37,409 bases of DNA from Octopus bimaculoides (GCF_001194135.2 NC_068981.1:66098054-66135462), one strand, 5' to 3'. Shown: positions 10,896 to 22,384, counted from the stretch's first letter. The notes: generated from the letters alone by a model not told the origin. Numbers and translations are program-made.

Positions 10896-12054
10896 AATAG
10901 TTTTCCAATTAGGATATTTTGATACTGTTAGAGAAAATACTTTTACAGCTTTTAACAACTTCCTATGCAACATTTTGCCATTCTGTGATACACACAGTTG
11001 GTTAGTCATACTTAAATAAACAAATTAATTTATGTGATCTGCCAAGAGGCAGGAAGTTGGGGGAAAAGGAGACAGTGGACAATGGATGTAGCAAAGTTTG
11101 ACATCATTACCATAAAGACATTATTTTACTCTCATAGTTGTCTTAGAGACAAAAATCAAATCTCAGACAAATAAATTCAATTTTCTAGAGCTTAAATTAA
11201 ATTTTATAGAAAGAGCAGAGCATTGCAATTTTATAGAGATGCTGTTATATTTCTTATAGTTTGGCTTTTAACTTGAATTATCTATAACAGTAAGAGTAAA
11301 CATTGTCATTTTAATAGGCTTAGTCTTGTTTGTTTGTCAGTTATAAAACACACAACATCTCTGTTTTGCTCTCTTCTTACGTCTCTCTCTCTCTCTCTCT
11401 TTTTCACACACATTGTTAATTGATTTTTAATTCATAATTCGCATAATTTGGATTAGTTGACGACCAATGCTTCTCATGTCTTCATCGTTCCAGGTTTACA
11501 AAGTGAAGTATGCTTTTGCTACATGAGTTTTAATTTCTGCTGAACAATTAATGGACAGTCTTTAATGATGTGATTTCACTAATAATAGTAATAATGAACA
11601 TAAGCACATGTACAAAGATACTGAGGAAAGAACAAAGACAAATAAAATGCTTGTACCATGGGAAGATGAAAGTCAACATGTAAGATATATGTATATATAC
11701 TGATGTCCAGTCATTCATCACTCATAAATGCAGCTGGTAACGTGTATTTTGGTATAATGTGTTACTTGATTAGGAAACAGCAATTATTAAATTGGTGCTA
11801 CTACCCTGATTACATAGAGAGGAAGTGTGCTAGAAACCCAGCTGGACAAAAATAAATAAGATCTGTCAAAAGGATGGGTGAACCCAGCATGGAGTCACTG
11901 ACTACTTAGCATTTGTATGTGGTGACATAGAAATACCCCAAGATGATGAATGAGAAAGTGAATACCCCAAGGTGGGTATAAGATGTTTTGGTGAGATTTA
12001 TTTGGCATCACAGATTTGACACTGACTTATTGACATCAGATGTTCAAATGTTTC

Positions 12055-12152
<98 letters not shown>

Positions 12153-12534
12153 CATACATATATATAAATAGATAAAATAGATATATAGATACATGTGCAT
12201 GCACACACATATACATGAAATGCACATTAGTCCACACAATGCACACTCTAGGTTACTGAAACGCATACATACACATGCTCCCATACCCACACACAGGCCC
12301 ACATAATTTTATGTTCCCCCACACATACATTCACATGCACTCATCCCCATTCACACTTATTCACTCACACACACCATTCTTACATACACGCACATGCTTG
12401 CACACCCTAGTTCAACTGGGTACCATTATTATCTCCCTTTCACTCAACTACTTTCAACCAGTCATTTCATCATCTTGAACTGTTAATCCATACACATTTT
12501 TTTTTCTCCTTCTGGATTTTTTTTTGTTCTCTCT

Positions 12535-12667
12535 CCATTTTTTCCTCGAAGAATGTAGGCTCAAAGAATGTAGGGTCAAAGGCTTTTCCATTCTTCCTGA
12601 GCATCAAACTAATACACCTGTTTGTTGTTCCCTTACTTGTTTTCATCTTTTGTTTTCTGTAAATTTG

Positions 12668-12670
<3 letters not shown>
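12535..12670 (+). mobile_element. Short PLE-terminal-like repeat ending at (TA)n
   Basis: Homologous to 3139-3270. Carries an internal duplication aagaatgtaggStcaaag. Confidence 0.6.
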
Positions 12671-12737
<67 letters not shown>

Positions 12738-13546
12738 GTATGTGTACATTTCTGGTGCATGCATGCATTTGTGTGTGTGAGTGTATGTTTGCCTCCAGTG
12801 CCAAGATGTACTTTTGCCAAAAGAGTTTGACTCTCCAGTCAGCCACACAAAATCATCAGCATTCAAACTGTAAGACTTCTGGGAATGACGGCTTGACTTA
12901 GGCTCTTTAGCCATGGTGAAGGAAGCTCATATAATAAAGAGTCATACTGAATATAAATAGTTCAAGCCAATATAGTCTTTGATTTGCAACCATTTGTAGT
13001 ACTCATTGATTTTAATATTTGTTTTGTTTTTTTGTGATAAGTATGGCCAAGTGAAGCAGTTTAGCGCTGTGCAAGACATGCTTTCTTTTTATGAATATAA
13101 ATATTTTTTACAATAACAGCTGTTACTCATTAGTGTAGATATCACTTTGCAGCTCATTAACAAATAACAGTTATTCTTATTAACTGATCTCAAAACATAC
13201 ACCAGTATGTTTGAAACAATGGTGCTATTGTAAGTGTAGCCTATATGCATCAACTTTAGGTATTCATTTACATTTCCTACCCTATTCACAAGTAAATGTG
13301 CAGTCAGGCTAGAAAGTTCAGTATGCATTGCTATTCTGTTTGCTTTCTGTGGTCAGTGGTGCATGATGTCAGGGTAGTACACTGTATCATTGGTGACTTG
13401 TTCAGCATTATTGCTACCAATATTTCTCACTTGCTCCTTGTAGTCATTTGTCCATTTTCTGATAATGAATTGATCCACATGTTTACTGAACGTCTGAAGC
13501 AATAGTGTGAAGGTAAACTCATGATTGTGTATGCATGTTTGTTTGT

Positions 13547-13582
<36 letters not shown>

Positions 13583-13826
13583 ACACATGCGTGTTTGTGT
13601 GTATGCCTGTGTGCGTATGTGTACACATGTGTGTGTCTATATGTGTGCATGTGTGTGTCGATGTGTGTGTATGTCTGTGTGTGTGTGTGTAAGTGTGTGT
13701 GNNNNNNNNNNNNNNNNNNNNNNNNNNNNNNNNNNNNNNNNNNNNNNNNNNNNNNNNNNNNNNNNNNNNNNNNNNNNNNNNNNNNNNNNNNNNNNNNNNN
13801 NNNNNNNNNNNNNNNNNNNNNTATAT

Positions 13827-14009
13827 ATCTGTAAAAATATGTGACACTTATTTGGTAGCCATGATAAAACTCCGAGTTTCGGATGCCGGGGTGGGAGCCC
13901 ATGCCAACATCTCTTCAGTTATCCGGCCATGGTGTGGGTTCCCACCCCTGCATCCGAAACTCAGAGTTTTATCATGGCTACCAAATAAGTGTCACATATT
14001 TTTACAGAT
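13827..14009. repeat. Inverted repeat, 75-bp arms, 33-bp spacer
   Basis: 13827-13901 matches the reverse complement of 13935-14009 at 72/75. Confidence 0.95.
13857..13928 (-). ncRNA. Candidate type I hammerhead ribozyme
   Basis: GCCGGAUAA-CUGAAGA-[GAUGUUGG...CCGGCAUC]C-GAAAC-UCGGA-GUU-UUAUCAUGGC. All core nucleotides are present and stems I, II and III are pairable. Predicted cleavage is between 13868 and 13867. Confidence 0.65.
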
Positions 14010-14066
14010 AAATTCCTCTATTTACATAATATCGAGGTCTCTTTCTTTCTTTTGTTGTCCTTCCAA

Positions 14067-14102
<36 letters not shown>

Positions 14103-14104
<2 letters not shown>

Positions 14105-14669
14105 AATGTTCAAAAACTGCCTTAAAAATGCTTTGGCACAAACAGTAATTTCAGATGTTGATTGAGAGAGAAAAGCTCTGGACCGAAACAGATGGAGGAA
14201 AAAACTGCACAGTAGTTACTTGAAGTTTGAAAGAGAGAGAATGGAGCTCCAGAAGCTCAGGAGAAAGCTTAGAAAGACTGAACCAGTAGAAAATGAAGGA
14301 GTATTGATTTTCACATGTATGATTTATAGAAAGCAATGGTTAAGTCATGCAGGCCTGGTCAGCCATCAGAGAAGCCACAGGAATTGACACCTTGTAAATT
14401 ATGACACAGCTATTGTTGACAACAAAACATGTGCAACCTGTGAAAAGGTGTGCCATTCAGTTGGAGGATTAAAGACATGTCAACAGACTTCATACTGTGG
14501 CACCGGTTCCTTTTGCCAGCACAACTGTGCATTATTCAATAAAATGTGCAAATCTTTGGTGGAGCTCAAGAATCAAATAAGGGCCTCACATTGCATTACT
14601 AATGACTCATTTCAAATTTCAATAATTCTTGCTAGCAATGGCTTTGCTTGTATACAAGAAAGTGGCCGC
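14103..14669 (+). mobile_element. RTE/BovB-like LINE ORF 3' end with C2H2-like zinc fingers
   Basis: One frame from 14106 reads MFKNCLKNAL...D*ERKALDRNRWRKKLH...TCMIYRKQWLSHAGLVSHQRSH...TCATCEKVCHSVGGLK...NCALFNKMCKSLVELKNQ. Two in-frame stops. Confidence 0.8.
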
Positions 14670-14678
14670 TATATATAT

Positions 14679-15057
14679 CATCATCATTTAACATCCTCCT
14701 TCCATGCTGGCATGGGTTGGACGGTTTGACAGGAGCTGGCCATGGAGGAACCTGCGCCATGCTTCTGAGTGTATTCTGGCATGATTTTTATGGTTAGATG
14801 CTCTTCCTAACACTAACCACTCCGTAAAGTGGGTTGAGTGCTTTTTATGGGGAACTCACACAGGCGAGATCAGTTTTGGCATGGTTTTTCACAGCTGGAT
14901 GCCCTTTGAAATGCCAATCACTTTGTGGACTGGGCGACTTTTAAATGGCACCTGCATTGGTTGGATCACCAAGTGACTTTGCAAGACACAGAGTCTTTGA
15001 GAGGGGAGGGGGGCATTGGAGGAGGTGATCTTGTGTCAGATGATGAAAGATTAGAGT
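14679..15057 (-). mobile_element. Older RTE 3' tail with internal duplication
   Basis: The ggcatg.ttttt...gatgc.ctt block occurs twice (about 14780 and 14880). Confidence 0.65.
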
Positions 15058-15486
15058 NNNNNNNNNNNNNNNNNNNNNNNNNNNNNNNNNNNNNNNNNNN
15101 NNNNNNNNNNNNNNNNNNNNNNNNNNNNNNNNNNNNNNNNNNNNNNNNNNNNNNNNNNNNNNNNNNNNNNNNNNNNNNNNNNNNNNNNNNNNNNNNNNNN
15201 NNNNNNNNNNNNNNNNNNNNNNNNNNNNNNNNNNNNNNNNNNNNNNNNNNNNNNNNNNNNNNNNNNNNNNNNNNNNNNNNNNNNNNNNNNNNNNNNNNNN
15301 NNNNNNNNNNNNNNNNNNNNNNNNNNNNNNNNNNNNNNNNNNNNNNNNNNNNNNNNNNNNNNNNNNNNNNNNNNNNNNNNNNNNNNNNNNNNNNNNNNNN
15401 NNNNNNNNNNNNNNNNNNNNNNNNNNNNNNNNNNNNNNNNNNNNNNNNNNNNNNNNNNNNNNNNNNNTGTGTGTGTGTGTGTGTGT

Positions 15487-15531
<45 letters not shown>

Positions 15532-15574
15532 CATGTATGTATATCAGCTAAAGAATATTTCTCTGGTAGATGCC

Positions 15575-15830
15575 ATTACTAAAATAATGAGGAGGAGACT
15601 GAAATGTTCAGCTGTGTAATATAAATGCCAACCTAAAACTATATAACATTGGCATTATGCCAAAGACATCCCAAACTTTAGACAACATGATGGACAACTT
15701 AAGAAGTGGAGCTCTGAAATCTGTGAAGATAGAAGGTTACTGCTCACAACAGTGGTGAGCAGAGTGTCTAATCAAAGTGAGTGGTTACTGATCATCTGAG
15801 CGAAAATCAAGTGGGGACTGAGTGATTTAA
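15575..15830 (+). mobile_element. Decayed RTE C-terminal ORF relic
   Basis: IMRRRLKC (cf. RRRLRWFGHV), PKTI*HW, GQLKKW, NQSEW. Confidence 0.4.
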
Positions 15831-15869
15831 GTAAAGTAAAAATATATTAGTGATGTGTGGTTTGGATAG

Positions 15870-16060
15870 ACAAAGTCGGCTTCATTTCACATTGCTCCCA
15901 TTCACTCAACTGTAAATGGGTAACCCTGTGATGGAATAGTCTTCAAATCAGGGGGAACTTTGGTCTGCTTGCCTAATTCAAAGGCTAAAACAATGCAAAG
16001 CACATTGTAACCAGTGATGTATATAATGTCCAATTGTCTGATCAATACTGTGATATTGTG
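15870..16060 (+). mobile_element. Old CORE-like SINE fragment
   Basis: ttcacattgctcccattcactcaactgtaaatgggtaaccctgtgatgga. Confidence 0.45.
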
Positions 16061-16138
16061 ATGTAGTTACATAAAGATGAGGATCACTCCTGATATATAC
16101 ATATTGATTAGGCCTGGAAATAGCTGAACAAGTAGTCT

Positions 16139-16180
16139 CTACTGACAAGGCTATGGAAATTGCCAAAACTGAATGTTTAG
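16139..16180 (+). ncRNA. CpG-decayed type I hammerhead fossil
   Basis: cta-CTGAC(A)A-GGCTAT GGAA ATTGCC-(A)AAAC-TGAAT-GTT-tag. The only core deviations are G>A at 16147 and 16165, both in a CpG context. Confidence 0.5.
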
Positions 16181-16229
16181 TATACGGAATTCTCGAATCA
16201 GTGTTTTTGGGCGATTACAGTCCCCTGAG

Positions 16230-16273
<44 letters not shown>

Positions 16274-16849
16274 ATTATGTGCTTTTACAGCAGCATTAGA
16301 GTATTTTAGCTCTTATTTCTAGCTGTATAGGTGTCTTGATGCCTTTAGTCGCAATTAGTGACAATTATATTATTTTCCTTTATGGTAACACATTATATGT
16401 ATGGCTGTTTATATTAATTTGTATATATATGTCTGTCCTTTAGCTGTACAACTATCTTCTGCCATTTGACTCATAACTGGAACACTTGACCAGTACTACC
16501 AGCCTGAGCCAGACTGAATTCAGGAATAATGTTACAATTCTACATCCAACAAAACTCATGAACTCCCAAGCTGGACTCTCACCACTGAATGTAGTTTAAA
16601 GACTTGCCCGGGGCAAAGTAGTCTAATATCTTAGTGTAGCCTCCTTTTTTGTCACTCAATGACAAATGAAGCATCATCTTTCATTTGGCTCTTATATCTC
16701 AAACCAGACATCTCTAGACATTTCACTTAGGAAATATATCAAAAATCCTTTTAATTAATTTAATCAATAAATTTAGTAATTTATTTGAATGTAATTTTTG
16801 ATTGTTTCATTGTATTTTAAATTTCATTTTAAAAGCATACACTGGAGCT

Positions 16850-16941
16850 TGATGCAGTCCTTGGACTCATTGGTTCCTGTCAAAACATCCAACCCATGCC
16901 AACATGAAACATGTAAGTTAAATGATGGTGATGATGATGAT
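16850..16941 (+). mobile_element. Diverged RTE 3' tail
   Basis: catccaacccatgccaacatg...gttaaatgatggtgatgatg. Confidence 0.55.
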
Positions 16942-17014
16942 ATTTTAACTCATCAATAAACATTAAAAGAAATGAAAACAACCAACAAATTCTAAGAGTT
17001 GTAGAAGCTGTTAA

Positions 17015-17200
17015 TGCCACTGGCATAGCTGTATGGTTAACTGATACTGCTGGCATAACTGTATGGTTAATAAGTGTTCATTGTAACAATGTGGTCTCAG
17101 TTTCAGCCTTACTGAGAATACTGAGGGCAAATCTTTTTCCCTAACATTGGACTGCCAAAAGTTTTGTGCATGAAATATGGCGAATAAAAACTTGTGGTAA
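17015..17200 (+). mobile_element. Old SINE family A head with duplicated 5' end
   Basis: ctggcataRctgtatggttaa at 17020 and 17050. Confidence 0.45.
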
Positions 17201-17862
17201 CATGTTGGTAGTGCTCAATGTATTAGATACCATATAGAGAGTTTAAGAAACTTCATCTTAATAAGGACTTTATCTAGACCACATTACATAACAAATCCCT
17301 ATTAAATGTTCTCTCCTTTCGTATAGAGTCACCTTACTAATTATAGATGATAGGATTTCTCTATCTCAGGGAGTGTGTGTAATACAGTTGCAAATATAAA
17401 ATTAATTGTGTGTGTGTGTGTGCATGTGTGTGCACATGCGTGTGTCACTATTTCTTGCAGAATCCTTAGTAAACTGTCTTGAAATCTCAGGTTTCTTGTG
17501 TAATCGACTCAATGCATTGGTTTAGCCTCATCTGGTCTGTCATTTTACAATGATTTTATAACGAAGCCCACTAATACAGATATTCAGGTCATGTCTCCAT
17601 TTTTAAGATAACATCCTCCCTTTCTCTCACAAGATTCTGAAAAAGCCAGCCTTCCCTTTCTGACTGAGCAAGGAAAAAAAATCACTCAATAAGCATGTTT
17701 TTTATAACTTTATCAGGAGAAGGGTATATGGTGATGCATTTACTGGTTATATTATTGAACTCTAACTGAATTCATCTCCTGGCAACAGGTTTCTACAATT
17801 AGAACAGGTTTTTTTCCATTTAGAAAATATGTGTTAGATTAAGTTGAGAATTAAGTGTTGTA

Positions 17863-17914
<52 letters not shown>

Positions 17915-18392
17915 NNNNNNNNNNNNNNNNNNNNNNNNNNNNNNNNNNNNNNNNNNNNNNNNNNNNNNNNNNNNNNNNNNNNNNNNNNNNNNNNNNNNNN
18001 NNNNNNNNNNNNNNNNNNNNNNNNNNNNNNNNNNNNNNNNNNNNNNNNNNNNNNNNNNNNNNNNNNNNNNNNNNNNNNNNNNNNNNNNNNNNNNNNNNNN
18101 NNNNNNNNNNNNNNNNNNNNNNNNNNNNNNNNNNNNNNNNNNNNNNNNNNNNNNNNNNNNNNNNNNNNNNNNNNNNNNNNNNNNNNNNNNNNNNNNNNNN
18201 NNNNNNNNNNNNNNNNNNNNNNNNNNNNNNNNNNNNNNNNNNNNNNNNNNNNNNNNNNNNNNNNNNNNNNNNNNNNNNNNNNNNNNNNNNNNNNNNNNNN
18301 NNNNNNNNNNNNNNNNNNNNNNNNNNNNNNNNNNNNNNNNNNNNNNNNNNNNNNNNNNNNNNNNNNNNNNATTATATAAAATGGCAAGAGTA

Positions 18393-18432
<40 letters not shown>

Positions 18433-18515
18433 GTGTGTGTGTGTGTATAGCAAGGGAGAGAAAGGGGGAAAAAGAAGGACCTTCTCCTCCTCCTTATCAT
18501 CATTATCATCAACAT

Positions 18516-18712
18516 CATCTTCCACATACAAAAGCTAGTTTCCCTGTTGACCTTCCTCTGATATTGCTGCACCTTTTATGTGTCCAAAGCTAACACTGAG
18601 TGCATCTTATGGAGTTTCTACCTACACCTTTTCTACAGATTGAGCAGGGCCATCTACCTGAAGGGATTTGTGATTTGTCTGCCTTCCTACTTGTTAAGAC
18701 TTTGGTTTTTGT
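18516..18712 (-). mobile_element. RTE LINE internal fragment (RT end plus PHD-like Cys/His cluster)
   Basis: KTKVLTSRKADKSQIPSGRWPCSICRKGVGRNSIRCTQC*LWTHKRCSNIRGRSTGKLAFVCGR. Confidence 0.85.
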
Positions 18713-18918
18713 TCTATTGATTTCAAATTTTGACACAAGGTGGGTAGAGGATAGCTTGATTATGTTGACCCCAGTGTTCAGCTGGGACTTATTTTATCAG
18801 CCCCAAAAGGATGAAAGGCAAAGTGGACCTCGGCAGCATTTGAACTCAGAATGTAAAGTCAGAAGAAATGCTACTAAGTATTTTTCCAGGTATGGTAACA
18901 ATTCTGTTAGCTCGCACC
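18713..18918 (-). mobile_element. SINE family B
   Basis: aaaggatgaaaggcaaagtggacctcggcagcatttgaactcagaa. Confidence 0.75.
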
Positions 18919-19673
18919 TTTTTTTAGAAATTAAATGTTGAAGCCAGTTATAATGCTTATATTTGAAACACTTTTTAAAAAAAGTATTTGTTGGAATTAG
19001 AATATGAATAAAACATTGCCTTATCAGTGACCAAGATGATGTTCCAAGATCCAGTATAATTTTGTTATGTAAGTCCTTGCTTTCTTTAATAATTTCCGTA
19101 AAAAAAATTAACAAAGGGACACTAGTTTATAGAAATATCTAACAAGATACAAATCTGTTGTGTTTCTTCCCACAACAAAAGAAAAAAAAAGATAGTATGG
19201 TAGGGGGCGGCATTGGTAAAAGGCAATTCTATGAAAGGTGGGTGCTGAGCTATGGAATGTTAAGAACTACTGACCTAATAAGTCCTTTATATTTCAAAAC
19301 AGCAAGGTCTGACTGAAGGAAGATTTGGCTCTTATTTCTAGTGAGTGAGTGTCCACATAGAGAATTGCTCATTGACTTGTATGTATATGCTTTGTTATTC
19401 TATGTCTTGCTGCATTGTATACAACAAAAGCAGTTAGCTTTGCTCCACTGATTCTTTTCTTATTCTAATCTCTAGAAATACCTAGTTCTCTCATTCCTTA
19501 GCAATCTAAATTTATCTGCTATTATCAACATTTATTCTTCAGATAGTGCCCAAGTGGTTCAAAAATTCATCCCAGGTATTCTCACTTGTATCAAGTTTCT
19601 TGGTGTAATTTCTTTTATACATGTCTCAATCTACACGTTCAAATTACCATGACACAGTCAAACACACAGACAT

Positions 19674-19763
<90 letters not shown>

Positions 19764-20232
19764 ACTAATAGAAATATAAGCCAGGTAGATAATTTTACAT
19801 CCCTATATAACAATATCTAATATGGCCTATCATAAAAGCTGCCCCCTCCAGCTTCATGAAAATTATGAAACCTAATCGCAGCTAAAGTTATATAACAATA
19901 GCACAACCCCAACCAAAAAAATAGAAACAAAGAAGAGACCAAAATGACAATGTGGGATCAAATATCATCCATTTCTCTTCATACAACAATTGTTTGGTTA
20001 TCTTACACACCATATTTGACAGTAAAGCTATGGCAGCTAATCTGAAATAACAGTTCACCTTTGAACTTATACATTAAAGCATTATTGTTTTATTTTTGGT
20101 GGTTCCATTATTGTTATCATATCACATAAAACTGCAATGTAACCTTTCCCATCTCATCATTTTATAATTTGCCTTTGTAATATCCCTCAGCTGTTTTTTT
20201 TGTGGCAACATTATTATTGTTACTATTATTAT

Positions 20233-21006
20233 TCCATATATGCACGCAACAGAGTAAACTGTTGGAAAAGAAAAATTCCTAACATTGGGCTCCAACAAGT
20301 AACATTAGATGCCAATAACACTGTTTTCCTGAGCTACACTAAACTAAGTTTTATGCCTATTTCCTCTATCCATCTGTTCATATCTTTAGGGATAATGAAC
20401 CTATAACTACAGGGATACATTTTACCTGCAATTTTCATAGTCTCTGTAACTCAATGGTTAGGTCCTGGTACTTTGCTATTTTATCTATATCGTTCATATT
20501 GACTTTCTCATCATTTGGCACTGTAAAGTCAATTATTTGGCACTTTCTATTCTCTTTGACTGATACTACTAAATCAGGCCTTCTAGCTTCTACTAATCTG
20601 TTCATCTGAATATTAAAGTCCCACAGCATTTTATATTTCTTACTTTCTGCTACTTTATTAGGTTCATGTTCATACCATTTATCAGTATGGACAAATCCTA
20701 GCTATCTTCATAACTCCCAGTGGATTACTCTCCTTAGGTTATCACATCTTGTATTCTTTCTGTGCCAGTATGCTACATTTACTTACTATATGAGTAACAC
20801 TTTTCACTTTTGACTAACATAACCTACATTGGGAATCTACTTGGTTTTTGGCTATCTTGGCTTTCATCCAATTAGTCCTCAATGCTTGATCTTAGGCTGC
20901 TACTTACAAACTTTCTGTCTCTCTTTTCAACTTTCCTTTCTGAAACCATTACCATATCTGCAACTATCTTTGGGAATCTACCATGCAAAGCCTTCTCTTG
21001 CCAGTC
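20233..21006 (-). mobile_element. Decayed R4/Dong-type LINE: CCHC finger plus restriction-like endonuclease
   Basis: WQEKALHGRF; AA*DQALRTNWMKAKI; CRLC*..VTHIVSKC; IHWEL; KWYEHEP; LWDFNIQ..EARRPDLV..CQIIDFTVP; KYQDL; IPVVIGSL; LRKTVLL. The 5' end abuts (TAA)n. Confidence 0.85.
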
Positions 21007-21007
21007 A

Positions 21008-21066
<59 letters not shown>

Positions 21067-21194
21067 CATTATTATTATTATTATTATTATTATTAAACAT
21101 ATTACCAGGCAACTATTGGAGTTAATATAATGAATTAATATACCTTCCCCTCAAAATTGCTGACCTTGTGCCTAAATCAGTAACCATTAGATAG

Positions 21195-21245
<51 letters not shown>

Positions 21246-21398
21246 TATGGTTTCTTTTCATTATAACTTTATTTCAGCTGCCTTAGTACTGGGCATTCTC
21301 TGGAGGCCAAGAGTAACAAGGGCACTTTTGTGTTGCTATGCATGCTAACATTTATCGTCATCATCATCATCATCATCATCATTATTATTATTATTATT

Positions 21399-21625
21399 GA
21401 AGGCAGTGGAAGGTAGAATTGGTAAAGGGATAAACAAAATGCTTTGCAGTGTTTAATTATGTCAGTTTAGAATGTGAGTTCAAATCCTGTCAAGGCTGAT
21501 TTTATCATTCACCCTTCTAGGGTTAATAAACCAGAATAACACCCCTATGTTAATTTCAGTATTAATGAGTATGTTCTTTCCCTGCCTCCAAAAGTGTGGT
21601 CTTATTACAGTGTTAGAAATCACGA
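21399..21625 (+). mobile_element. SINE family B, old
   Basis: gagttcaaatcc and agggttaataaa blocks. Confidence 0.5.
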
Positions 21626-21687
21626 TAATTATTATTATCAAACTTGTTGGGCTTGTGCCAAAATTTGAAACTATTATTATTATTATT

Positions 21688-21876
21688 GAGTAGTTTTATT
21701 TTTATAGCATGCTTTCACTTCACTACCGAGCGCAACTCTGTGCCTTGGCTATGTGCTGTGGTTTGCTGTGATACTCTGATGGTTACTGTATTGAAATTGT
21801 TTTGCGTAGGATGTGTGCAGTGCCCAGTAGTGCAATTTTCTGTATGTTATATTTATTTGTAAGTCCTGGTGTTTTT
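21688..21876 (-). mobile_element. 5'-truncated Dong-type 3' end (same family as 49-259)
   Basis: NIQKIALLGTAHILRKTISIQ* plus the same 3'UTR, ending in (TAA)n. Confidence 0.85.
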
Positions 21877-22135
21877 TATCCTATAGATAATAATAAAAAA
21901 AAATCATTGTTTGTACATATGCTATGACATTTTCAATAGTTAAGCCATAAGTTTTCTTTAATAGTATGTACCCCCTTTAACAGTTAACCAGTCAAGCCTA
22001 TCTTTTTATTTTGGCAAGCAGGTAAGATTGCTAAAAGTATAGGCATGTAGGTAAGTAGACAGATAGGCTGGCTGATAGATTGGGAGATTGACAAAGATTA
22101 TATGCATATATTATGACCATATATATCAATACAAT

Positions 22136-22215
22136 CATCTTTTAACATCTGTTTTCCATGCTGGCTGTCCAACCCATGCCAGCATGGAAAATAGATGTTA
22201 AATCATGATGATGAT
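22136..22215. repeat. Hairpin made of two head-to-head RTE 3' termini
   Basis: 22141-22165 matches the reverse complement of 22178-22202 at 24/25, with a 12-nt spacer. Confidence 0.8.
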
Positions 22216-22253
22216 CCCACACACACAGAATTTAAATATAGATAGATAGATAG

Positions 22254-22317
<64 letters not shown>

Positions 22318-22347
22318 NNNNNNNNNNAGAGAGAGAGAGAGAGAGAG

Positions 22348-22384
<37 letters not shown>

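Noticed and set aside
13437-13499. Approximately 63-nt minus-strand AG/GT-bounded segment (TFSKHVDQFIIRKWTNDYKEQ; coordinates approximate)
   Set aside because: It is isolated, with no compatible minus-strand partners found and no homology recognised.
13444-13512. 69-nt plus-strand splice-bounded segment
   Set aside because: Stops in all three frames.
18646-18690. Plus-strand acceptor followed by LRR-like LPEGICDL
   Set aside because: It is the antisense of a clear RTE fragment.
19190-19280. CAGTAGTTCTTAAC on -, resembling a hAT/Charlie TIR
   Set aside because: No partner TIR or 8-bp TSD was found.
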